Part shown: piece by piece, positions 9,358 to 17,875 of the stretch
How the letters are laid out: each line of letters opens with the position of its first letter
Numbering within the stretch: position 1 is the first letter of the stretch
From: Actinomycetota bacterium
GTDB taxonomy: Bacteria; Actinomycetota; Acidimicrobiia; Acidimicrobiales; RAAP-2
Assembly (NCBI GenBank): GCA_026393435.1
Contig: JAPLAD010000071.1
Span: 28,857-92,856, forward strand
Length of the DNA stretch: 64,000 nucleotides
Direction: 5' to 3'
Program-made: the position numbers and the translations under genes
The notes under the pieces: generated by a model
The model's database searches: none
Told to the model about the DNA's origin: nothing
The model's input: only the letters and a program-made list of their open reading frames with translations

Positions 9358-10520
9358 GCCTTCAACACCGCATGAGGCATGCAGAACTCGTCATACTCGG
9401 CAATCACAATTTCCCCAGCGTTCTCGCCACAGGCAGGGCACGCGGGGTCGCGACGGACCTTGAAGGTTCTAAATGACTGGTCGAGTGCGTCGTAGCTAAG
9501 CAGACGGCCCACCAACGGATCGCCCAAGTTCAAGATGAGCTTTAACGCTTCAAGAGCCTGGATCGAACCAATGATGCCGGGCAGCACGCCCAAAACACCG
9601 GCCTCGGCACAGCTTGGCGCGAGTTCGGCGGGCGGTGGCTCGGGAATCATGCAGCGGTAGCAAGGTCCGACGTAGGGGTTGAAGATGGTGACTTGACCCT
9701 CGAATCGAAAGATTGAACCGTGCACGACGGGAATCTTCTTTAAGAGAGCGGCATCGTTGACGAGGTAGCGCGTCGGGAAGTTGTCCGTTCCGTCGACGAT
9801 GACGTCGTAGCCATCGATGATGTCCAGGATGTTGTCGGCACCCAAGCGGGTGTCGTACGTGATCACATTCAGATCGGGATTGAGCGCTGACAACGTCGCC
9901 TTCGCGGAGTCGACTTTGCGCATTCCGACGCGGTCCATGTTGTGGAGAATCTGACGCTGAATGTTCGAAGCGTCAACCACGTCCATGTCAATGACGCCGA
10001 TTGTTCCAACACCGGCCGCGGCGAGGTACAGCGCCGAAGGCGAACCGAGTCCGCCCGCACCGAGCATTAAGACCTTGGCGTCAAGCAACTTGAGCTGACC
10101 CACTTCGCCAACTTCAGGCAGTAGTAGGTGACGCTGGTAGCGGTTGCGCTGATCGGCCGTCAGCGTCCGAGGAGTCGTCCAAGGCAGGCCGTCGTCCTTC
10201 CACTTGTTGAAACCACCGATAACCGAAACAACGTCTTGGTAGCCGAGGTCTTGCAACGTCTTGGTCGCAAAGGCCGAACGGACACCACCGGCGCAATAGA
10301 CGGCGATGTGCGCAGTCTTGTCGGGTAGACGACCTTCAATCGAGAATTCGAGCTGACCACGGGGCACGTGGACGGCGTTAGGGACGGCGCCCTGGTCGTA
10401 CTCGTCCGGTTCGCGGACGTCGAGAATGGTGAAGTGATCTAGTTGCGCCGCAACAGCCGAGGCTTCGATTTCACGAATCTCGGACTTGGCGGCGTTGAGT
10501 AAGTCGCGGGGGGTAGCCAT
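9354..10520 (-). CDS. MoeZ/MoeB-ThiF-type adenylyltransferase fused to an N-terminal rhodanese domain
   Basis: Residues ~1-115 are rhodanese (ILDVREPDEY...VYCAGGVRS...GGFNKW). The remainder is ThiF/MoeB (LMLGAGGLGSPSALYLAAAGVG, CYRC...CPAC zinc site). Confidence 0.85.
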   Translation of the reverse strand: MATPRDLLNAAKSEIREIEASAVAAQLDHFTILDVREPDEYDQGAVPNAVHVPRGQLEFSIEGRLPDKTAHIAVYCAGGVRSAFATKTLQDLGYQDVVSVIGGFNKWKDDGLPWTTPRTLTADQRNRYQRHLLLPEVGEVGQLKLLDAKVLMLGAGGLGSPSALYLAAAGVGTIGVIDMDVVDASNIQRQILHNMDRVGMRKVDSAKATLSALNPDLNVITYDTRLGADNILDIIDGYDVIVDGTDNFPTRYLVNDAALLKKIPVVHGSIFRFEGQVTIFNPYVGPCYRCMIPEPPPAELAPSCAEAGVLGVLPGIIGSIQALEALKLILNLGDPLVGRLLSYDALDQSFRTFKVRRDPACPACGENAGEIVIAEYDEFCMPHAVLKA

Positions 10521-10593
10521 AGTGAACTCCTTTAGGAGTTAAACCCTACCATTTTGGTCAGGAATAGACAACGGCGTCTTTTAGTCTGCCTAG

Positions 10594-11190
10594 GTGGAGT
10601 TCTCCGATCTCGCCCGCCGGCGCCGTATGGTCCGTTCCTTTGATGGCACGCCCGTGCCTGGCGATCTGATGGCTGCGTGGTGCGAATTGGCACTGAGTGC
10701 TCCAACGGCCGGCAATAGTGCCGGCGTCCAGTTCGTCGTGATTGAACCAATCAAGGTCGCTGCATACTTTGAGGCCGCCACCGATAAGTCGTGGCGTTCA
10801 AATGCTCGACGCGCCGATGGCCTCCTGCGTGCCGGTGGTGTAGTCCTCGCTCTTTCGAATCCCGACCTCTATACCGGGCGCTACAGCGAAGCCGACAAGG
10901 CCCAGAGCGGACTCGCCAATCAAGACGCCTGGCCCATCCCCTACTGGCACACCGACGCCGCCATGGCCACGATGCAGTTGCTCCTTGCGGTCGAAGACGA
11001 GAATTGGGCCACCTGTTTTTGGGGCAACTTTCGTCATGAAGCCGAGATCTTGTCGCTAGCCGGAGTAACCGCACCATGGCGCCTGTTCGGCAGCATTTTG
11101 ATCGGACGTCCCGACGGCAACGATGTGCGCTCGCCGTCGCTTGATCGCGATGTGCCGTCACGCACATCGCGCGTACTACGACTGTCGTGA
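10594..11190 (+). CDS. nitroreductase-family protein
   Basis: RRRRMVRSFDGTPVP N-terminal motif and nitroreductase-like length. GTG start. Confidence 0.6.
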   Translation: MEFSDLARRRRMVRSFDGTPVPGDLMAAWCELALSAPTAGNSAGVQFVVIEPIKVAAYFEAATDKSWRSNARRADGLLRAGGVVLALSNPDLYTGRYSEADKAQSGLANQDAWPIPYWHTDAAMATMQLLLAVEDENWATCFWGNFRHEAEILSLAGVTAPWRLFGSILIGRPDGNDVRSPSLDRDVPSRTSRVLRLS

Positions 11191-12675
11191 GCGCGTAATC
11201 AGATACTGCAGCAGAGTGCGAGCACCGAATGCCGTCGCGCCACGCTGGTAGTACCCGCGCGCGCTGTCCGTTCGACTTGGTCCAGCCACATCGAGGTGAG
11301 CCCACGAAATACCGTTCGTGAAGTTCCTCAGGAACAGCGCCGCGACAATCGCACCGGCGTTGCCGGGTTTACCAAGGTTCTTGAGATCAGCGACGTCAGA
11401 CTCGAGCTGAGACTCGTAGCCATCCACCAGCGGGAGCTGCCAAAAGGGTTCACCGGTTTCACTACTGGCAGCCAAGAGCTGTGAGGCCAGCACGTCATCA
11501 GTTGCAAACAGCGCACCCATGTCTTCACCGAGCGCCACAACTTGCGCACCTGTCAACGTGGCGATATCAATAATTGCGTCAGGCTGCCGCTCGGCCGCCA
11601 GACTTAGTCCGTCGGCCAAGATGATCCGACCTTCAGCATCGGGGTTGATAATTTCCACCGTCTTGCCGTTGCGAATCTTCAGCACGTCACCGGGCCTCAT
11701 CGCTGCGCCACCGATCATGTTCTCGGTGAGAGGGGCGATCGCGGTGATGCGAATCGGGAGAGCCATTTCGGCCGCAGTGGCGATGACCGAGATAACAATG
11801 GCTGCGCCCGCCATGTCCGTCTTCATCGTGGCCATACCCGCTGGCGTCTTCAGCCAAAGGCCCCCAGTATCAAAGGTGACCCCTTTGCCGACGAGTACGA
11901 CGTGGGGTGCCTCAGGATTACCGGCCGGAGCGTAGGTGGCGAGTACGAGGCGGGCAGGCTGCGACGAGCCGAGATTTACGCCCTGGAGTCCACCGAGGCC
12001 TTCTTCGGCGATCTTGGAGTCCTTCCAGATTTCCAGTTCGACATTGGGAATCCCTTCAAGACGTGCGGTGGCAAAGTTAGCGAACGCTTTGGGATGAAGA
12101 TCCATACCAGGCATATCGATGAGATGCTTGGCCCAATTCACGCTGCTCGCAACGAGCGAACCGAGGCGCACACCATCGGCCACGCTTTCGTCCAGTGACT
12201 CGGCATCAGGTCCAACCGCGATGATGCCGACTGGGGCACTCTCCGGGGCACCTTTGTAGGAATAATTTGCGAGCAGCACTCCTTCAACCAGCGCCTGGGC
12301 GATGTCAACCACAGGCCGAGTGGGCCAAATTGAGAGAATTATGGCGGTGGGCACCTTGGGCGATACTTTGGCGGCCATCGCACCAATCTGACGCCACTGT
12401 TCTCGTGAAGTACTCGCACCGTTCGTGACCACAAGCGTGACGGCGGTTCCGTCAACTGCGCGAAAGGTCACCGAAGAGCCCAATTTGGGACGAAGGCCTT
12501 GCTTCTCACACCACTCCGAAGAAATCGGCGACGGCAGGGTGACGCCATTCACGATGGCCGGCACTCCCGCGGCCACGGTGAGGGCACCATCAGTTAGGAC
12601 CAAGGGAACTACTACGGAACTGAAACTTGTGAGTTCACGAATAGATGAAACCGAAACAGTGCGAGCCATGCTCAT
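11176..12675 (-). CDS. pepA: leucyl aminopeptidase (M17)
   Basis: VGKGVTFDTGGLWLK and NPDAEGR M17 signature motifs. Confidence 0.9.
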   Translation of the reverse strand: MSMARTVSVSSIRELTSFSSVVVPLVLTDGALTVAAGVPAIVNGVTLPSPISSEWCEKQGLRPKLGSSVTFRAVDGTAVTLVVTNGASTSREQWRQIGAMAAKVSPKVPTAIILSIWPTRPVVDIAQALVEGVLLANYSYKGAPESAPVGIIAVGPDAESLDESVADGVRLGSLVASSVNWAKHLIDMPGMDLHPKAFANFATARLEGIPNVELEIWKDSKIAEEGLGGLQGVNLGSSQPARLVLATYAPAGNPEAPHVVLVGKGVTFDTGGLWLKTPAGMATMKTDMAGAAIVISVIATAAEMALPIRITAIAPLTENMIGGAAMRPGDVLKIRNGKTVEIINPDAEGRIILADGLSLAAERQPDAIIDIATLTGAQVVALGEDMGALFATDDVLASQLLAASSETGEPFWQLPLVDGYESQLESDVADLKNLGKPGNAGAIVAALFLRNFTNGISWAHLDVAGPSRTDSARGYYQRGATAFGARTLLQYLITRSRQS

Positions 12676-12687
12676 TCCCTCTTTCCT

Positions 12688-13230
12688 TTACTCGGCGGCG
12701 CGGGCCGTCGGGTGATTAGGTCCCTCTGCGAAGCGGGCCAATGTCCAAATTAGGTCACTCAATCGGTTGAGGTAAGCGATCACTTCAGAGTCGGGCAGTG
12801 GATAGGTCACCGCTATCCGCTCCGCTCGACGCACGACCGTACGAGCGACGTCTAAGGAGGCGGAGGCCTGGTTGGCACCCGGCACGATGAACTCTTTTGG
12901 TATTTCAATGAGCGCGCTATAGGCGTCAATCTGGGATTCCAACTGCGCCACCATCGCCGCAGTAACGAGAGACTTGCCTGGAGTCAACTTCGAACGATTT
13001 TCTGGCAAGGTCGCCACTTCGGCCATAAGGACCCAGAGGTCGCGCTCAATATGAATAAGCACTTTGTTGAGCTCACTGTCGGATCCCTGGAGGGCCCGGG
13101 CCCAGCCAATGGCGGCTTGGGCTTCGTCCACCGCTCCGTTAACTTCGATCGGATCAGAACTCTTCGGGACTCGACCACCAAAGTAGAGGCCGGTCGTGCC
13201 GTCGTCACCATCACGGGTATAGATCTTCAT
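12688..13230 (-). CDS. PduO-type ATP:cob(I)alamin adenosyltransferase
   Basis: MKIYTRDGDDGTTGL N-terminus typical of PduO-type enzymes. Start moved from 13329 to ATG 13230. Confidence 0.85.
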   Translation of the reverse strand: MKIYTRDGDDGTTGLYFGGRVPKSSDPIEVNGAVDEAQAAIGWARALQGSDSELNKVLIHIERDLWVLMAEVATLPENRSKLTPGKSLVTAAMVAQLESQIDAYSALIEIPKEFIVPGANQASASLDVARTVVRRAERIAVTYPLPDSEVIAYLNRLSDLIWTLARFAEGPNHPTARAAE

Positions 13231-13327
13231 CACCCAAGCGTACCGGTGGGCTCCCACTACGCTCTCGTACTCAAGACGTCGGTTCGAGGGCTCCGGAGAG
13301 GTGAAACGGTAGCCTTGAGGCATCGCC

Positions 13328-16300
13328 ATGACTACTTTGCCCCCCTTCCAACGTCCGAGTGCCAGCGACCCCTATCTCGCCGCACTGGCCAAGCGCGCAT
13401 TGATCTTTGACGGAGCCACAGGAACCAATCTCCAGTTAGAAAACCTCACGGCGGCCGATTTCGGTGGTGACGACCTCGAGGGCTGCAATGAACTCCTCGT
13501 CCTAACTCGTCCAGACGCCATTGAGCGACTACACCGGTCGTTTCTCGATGTCGGTGTGGACGTCATCGAGACCAACTCGTTTGGTTCATTCTCGGTCGTT
13601 CTCGCTGAGTACGGCATTCCCGAGCAGGCCCACGAACTCGCAATTACCTCGGCCCAAATTGCTCGGCGCGTCGCTGATGAGTACGCCACCACGACCTCAC
13701 CGAAATTCGTAGCTGGCTCCATTGGCCCCGGAACCAAGTTCCCCACCCTCGGCCAGATTTCCTACGACGAGCTCTCCGCCTCCTACGAGGAACTGGCCTA
13801 CGGACTCCTCGAAGGCGGAGTCGACCTTCTGCTCGTTGAGACCATGTTTGACCTACTCTCCGGCAAGGCAGCCATCAACGCCTGTCACCGAGCGATGGCT
13901 CGCCACGGACGTATCGTGCCGATTCAAGCCCAAGTCACCATCGAACTCACCGGACGAATGCTGCCCGGTACCGAAATTGGCTCGGCGATTACCTCACTTC
14001 TCCCACTCGGCGTTGACGTCCTAGGACTGAACTGCGCCACCGGCCCCGTCGAGATGCACGAGCCACTGCGTCAGCTTTCTGACACCGCGCCCGTGCCATT
14101 GGCCTGTTTGCCCAATGCGGGGCTGCCCAGCGTCGTCGACGGCAAGATGCACTACGACCTCACACCTGACGGCCTGGCCGAACACCTCGCTCGATTCGTG
14201 GCGGATTACGGCGTCGCAGCCGTGGGTGGTTGCTGTGGCACGACTCCCGAACACCTCGCTCGGGTCGTGGAAGAAGTGGGCAAGGTGACTCGCGCCGAGC
14301 GCACCACCGTCTTTGAGCCATCGGTCTCGTCGATTTATTCATCTACCTCGTACCACCAAGATCGCTCAGTGCTCCTGGTTGGTGAACGCACTAACGCCAA
14401 CGGTTCCAAGAAGTTCCGTGAAGCGATGCTCGAAGGCGACTGGGACACCTGCGTCGGTATGGCCCGTGATCAAATCAAAGAGGGTGCCCACATCTTGGAT
14501 GTCTGTGTGGACTACACCGGTGCAGACGGAATTGGCGATATGGATGCACTTATGTCCCGCCTCGCCACCCAGGCTTCCGTTCCCATAATGGTTGATACCA
14601 CTGAAATCGCCACCGCCCGCGCCGCGTTGACGTGGCTCGGTGGTAAGGCCATCTTGAACTCCGTCAACCTCGAAGAGGGTGAGGGTCCCGGAACTCGTTT
14701 GGATGGCTTTTTGTCACTAGCGGCCGAATTCGGTACGGCCGTGGTGGCCACCTGCATCGACGAAGTGGGCCAGGCCCGCACCGCGGAGTGGAAGGTTCGT
14801 GCCGCCACCAACATCACCAACCTCGCTGTTGAGAAATATGGACTCGACCCTCGAGATATTTTAATTGACCCCCTCGCACTCCCCCTTTCCACGGGAATGG
14901 AAGAATCTCGCCGCGACGGCATTGAGACACTCGAAGCAATTCGACGTATCAAGGCCGAACTCCCTGGTGTGCAGACCATCCTGGGCCTCTCCAACATCTC
15001 CTTCGGACTCAACCCGGCCGCCCGTCAGGCACTCAACTCGGTCTTTTTGCACGAAGCATCCGAGGCCGGTTTGGACTCCGCCATCGTGCACGCTTCCAAG
15101 ATCGTCCCCTTGGCTCGCATCGACGATGCCGTGCGCACCGCTTGCCTCGACCTCATCTACGACCGCCGTACCGAAGAGTATGACCCATTACGCAAACTGA
15201 TTGACCTCTTTGAAGGCGTCAAGGTCACCGACACGACCAAAAGCAACCTCGACGACTTGCCCTTGCGTGACCGTTTACGCCGTCGCATCATCGACGGTGT
15301 GCGTACCGGACTCGAAGCCGACCTTGATGCGGCGATGGCCGAGGGTATCAAGCCACTTGAGATTGTTAACGACATCCTGCTCGACGGCATGAAGGAAGTT
15401 GGCGAACTCTTCGCCACTGGCGAAATGCAGCTCCCGTTCGTACTCCAGAGCGCCGAGACCATGAAGTCCGCCGTGGCCCACCTCGAACCGTTCATGGAAA
15501 AGTCTGACCAGGGTGGTCGCGGCAAGGTCGTCTTGGCTACCGTCAAGGGCGACGTGCACGACATTGGCAAAAACCTGGTCGACATCATTTTGACCAATAA
15601 CGGCTACGAAGTAGTCAACCTAGGCATCAAGGTCGGCATTAACGAAATGTTGGCTGCGGTCGATGAGCACAAGGCTGATGCCCTGGGTATGAGTGGCCTC
15701 CTCGTGAAGTCGACGCTCATCATGCGCGAAAACCTTCAAGTGATGAACGAGCTGGGTTACTCAGATCTCCCCGTGCTTCTGGGAGGCGCTGCCCTCACGC
15801 GTACCTACGTCGAGCGCGACCTTCGAGAGATCTACAACGGACGTCTCTTCTACGGCAAGGATGCCTTTGAGGGGCTTCGCGTTCTCGACCGTTTGGGAGA
15901 ATTGAAGAAGACCAACGAGATAGACGACCTCTTCGGTCGCGAAATTTCGGAGCGAAAGGTTCCCCGGCGTAGTCGTGACGGGATGGCCCCGAAGCCCGAT
16001 GGGCTGCCACACCGCAGTCCCGACGTCGCTGACAATAACGAACTCTTCCCGCCACCATTCCTCGGATCACGAGTGGCCAAGGGGATGTCCATCGACGAGA
16101 TTTCAGAGTTCTTGAATCTCACCGCTCTCTTTCGGAATCAATGGGGCTTTCGCCCCGAAGGCGACGAAGACGACAACGCCTTCAAGACGCGCGTGCGGGC
16201 CACCCTGCGGGAGCAGCTCGCAATCGCCAAGGCCGAGAACTTACTCAACCCCCAAGTCGTATGGGGTCACTTTCCCGTCGCGGCCGATGGCGATGACCTA

Positions 16301-16828
16301 GTTGTCTTCACCGATGACACGCGGACGACCGAACAGACCCGCTTTGTATTTCCCCGTCAGCACCAAGAGCCGTTCATGTGTATCTCGGACTTTTTCCGCT
16401 CCGTGCAGAGTGGTGAGAAGGACTACGCCAGTTTCATGCTCGTAACGATGGGCTCACGCGTTAGTGAGCGCTGCCAGGAACTCTTCGCCGAGGATCGCTA
16501 CACCGACTACCTCATGTTGCACGGTCTCGGCGTTGAAATGGCCGAGGCACTCGCCGAACTCTGGCATAAGCGCATTCGAGAAGAGCTGGGTTTTGTTGAT
16601 CAAGATGGACCCACCCTAACTGGCCTCTTCCGTCAGCAGTATCGAGGCGGCCGCTACTCGTGGGGCTACCCCGCCTGCCCCGATCTCACCGACAACGCCA
16701 AAGTCGCCGAATTGCTGGGTGCAGGACGTATTGGCGTTGAAGTCTCTGAAGGCTTCCAGCTACACCCGGAGCAGACAACCGACGCCATCATCTGCCATCA
16801 CCCGCAGTCGAAGTACTTCGTCGCGTAG
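13328..16828 (+). CDS. metH: cobalamin-dependent methionine synthase
   Basis: 1166 aa. Hcy domain GGCCGTTPEH, pterin domain, B12 domain DVHDIGKN...SGLL, and a C-terminal activation domain. Confidence 0.95.
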   Translation: MTTLPPFQRPSASDPYLAALAKRALIFDGATGTNLQLENLTAADFGGDDLEGCNELLVLTRPDAIERLHRSFLDVGVDVIETNSFGSFSVVLAEYGIPEQAHELAITSAQIARRVADEYATTTSPKFVAGSIGPGTKFPTLGQISYDELSASYEELAYGLLEGGVDLLLVETMFDLLSGKAAINACHRAMARHGRIVPIQAQVTIELTGRMLPGTEIGSAITSLLPLGVDVLGLNCATGPVEMHEPLRQLSDTAPVPLACLPNAGLPSVVDGKMHYDLTPDGLAEHLARFVADYGVAAVGGCCGTTPEHLARVVEEVGKVTRAERTTVFEPSVSSIYSSTSYHQDRSVLLVGERTNANGSKKFREAMLEGDWDTCVGMARDQIKEGAHILDVCVDYTGADGIGDMDALMSRLATQASVPIMVDTTEIATARAALTWLGGKAILNSVNLEEGEGPGTRLDGFLSLAAEFGTAVVATCIDEVGQARTAEWKVRAATNITNLAVEKYGLDPRDILIDPLALPLSTGMEESRRDGIETLEAIRRIKAELPGVQTILGLSNISFGLNPAARQALNSVFLHEASEAGLDSAIVHASKIVPLARIDDAVRTACLDLIYDRRTEEYDPLRKLIDLFEGVKVTDTTKSNLDDLPLRDRLRRRIIDGVRTGLEADLDAAMAEGIKPLEIVNDILLDGMKEVGELFATGEMQLPFVLQSAETMKSAVAHLEPFMEKSDQGGRGKVVLATVKGDVHDIGKNLVDIILTNNGYEVVNLGIKVGINEMLAAVDEHKADALGMSGLLVKSTLIMRENLQVMNELGYSDLPVLLGGAALTRTYVERDLREIYNGRLFYGKDAFEGLRVLDRLGELKKTNEIDDLFGREISERKVPRRSRDGMAPKPDGLPHRSPDVADNNELFPPPFLGSRVAKGMSIDEISEFLNLTALFRNQWGFRPEGDEDDNAFKTRVRATLREQLAIAKAENLLNPQVVWGHFPVAADGDDLVVFTDDTRTTEQTRFVFPRQHQEPFMCISDFFRSVQSGEKDYASFMLVTMGSRVSERCQELFAEDRYTDYLMLHGLGVEMAEALAELWHKRIREELGFVDQDGPTLTGLFRQQYRGGRYSWGYPACPDLTDNAKVAELLGAGRIGVEVSEGFQLHPEQTTDAIICHHPQSKYFVA

Positions 16829-16867
16829 TCCGCGCCATTCCCCCTGCTAGCGAGGGAATTAGAGTCG

Positions 16868-17203
16868 TTAGTTGTAAGTATTTCCAGACGCAATCACAAC
16901 ACTAAGTATTAGAACTGTAATCCCGATACTGCCGAGCACGATTCCGGCAGTTGCCATTCCCTTGCCAGACTGACCCGTTACCTTGATCTGCTTGTGGGCA
17001 ACGAGTCCAAATATCAATGCCAAAATGGAGCCAATGTAAAACACCCAGACGATGCCCAGCACCAGCGAGGCGATTGCGAGTCCGTTGGTGGCAGCATTCG
17101 CAGATACTACGCCGGTGCTAGTTCCTGGCTGAAAGGTGTTAACACCACAACTTGAGCAGAATTGAGCGTTGTCGGTGTTGTTGTGTCCTGCGGTGCAGAG
17201 CAT
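16868..17203 (-). CDS. DUF4190-like small membrane protein with N-terminal zinc-ribbon-like motif
   Basis: MLCTAGH...FCSSCG followed by two or three TM helices. RBS AGGAG upstream. Confidence 0.6.
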   Translation of the reverse strand: MLCTAGHNNTDNAQFCSSCGVNTFQPGTSTGVVSANAATNGLAIASLVLGIVWVFYIGSILALIFGLVAHKQIKVTGQSGKGMATAGIVLGSIGITVLILSVVIASGNTYN

Positions 17204-17334
17204 CAGATTCTCCTGAGAAACGTTCTAACCGAAATATTAACATAAAAGCCAAAAAAACGCCGCTATAAACACTATATACCACCTCTGACAACTTGTTAAA
17301 TGCTTGGCGTAATGCCATTAAATAAAGGAGAAGA

Positions 17335-17790
17335 CTACTTATATGAAGACAAGGAAGTCGGAGACACTACGAAACCACGTTTACTGTGGTTGTAGCAAGA
17401 GACGGTGTCTGCCGTGAGATCGCATGTCAACGGACCATCAATGACGCGCGTACCGGCGCTGAGGGTGACAGTTCCCAGACCAGGATTTCCCAAGCAGCTA
17501 CCGCTCTCGCAAGTCTTGAACGTTCCATCCACTTCCATCCGCACCGAGCGATTGTGTGAGGCTGTCTGGCAGTAGGCGTACGTGCCGAGCGCCGGAGAAT
17601 GTGAGACTTCGCATTGGAGATCAGAGGCCGGGGCGAAGAATTCGTAGGCATGCTGGGAGCCGACGTACAACTGGTGCGTCGGCTGGAATCCCGTTCCCCG
17701 AGTTGCCGTAAATGTAATTGCTCCACCAATCAGCGCAACGGCCAAGGAGAAGATGACTGCACGAGATCGAATTGTGGTGAGGGCTTTCAT
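17335..17790 (-). CDS. secreted Cys-containing hypothetical protein
   Basis: N-terminal signal/TM segment (AVIFSLAVALIGGAITF) and several Cys residues. No recognised family. Confidence 0.5.
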   Translation of the reverse strand: MKALTTIRSRAVIFSLAVALIGGAITFTATRGTGFQPTHQLYVGSQHAYEFFAPASDLQCEVSHSPALGTYAYCQTASHNRSVRMEVDGTFKTCESGSCLGNPGLGTVTLSAGTRVIDGPLTCDLTADTVSCYNHSKRGFVVSPTSLSSYK

Positions 17791-17875
17791 GGGGAGACAG
17801 TAATGAAAAGTGCTCTTGCGCCACTAGGGCACAAGGGCACTTTCAACGAATTGACCGTTTACCGGAGCAAGGTGA

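Noticed and set aside
10525-10540. AACTCCT-TT-AGGAGTT palindrome upstream of the MoeZ-like gene
   Set aside because: The 7-bp stem is essentially the AAGGAG ribosome-binding site and its complement. It is likely coincidental and was not called as an operator.
13231-13327. Possible cobalamin or SAM riboswitch in the PduO/metH divergent region
   Set aside because: The region is only 97 bp and has no B12-box-like (GCCACTG-type) element. B12 riboswitches normally precede metE or transport genes rather than metH.
16838-16860. Hairpin ATTCCC...GGGAAT between convergent metH and the DUF4190 gene as a terminator
   Set aside because: It has only a 6-bp stem with an 11-nt loop and no flanking T-tract on either strand, which is too weak to call.
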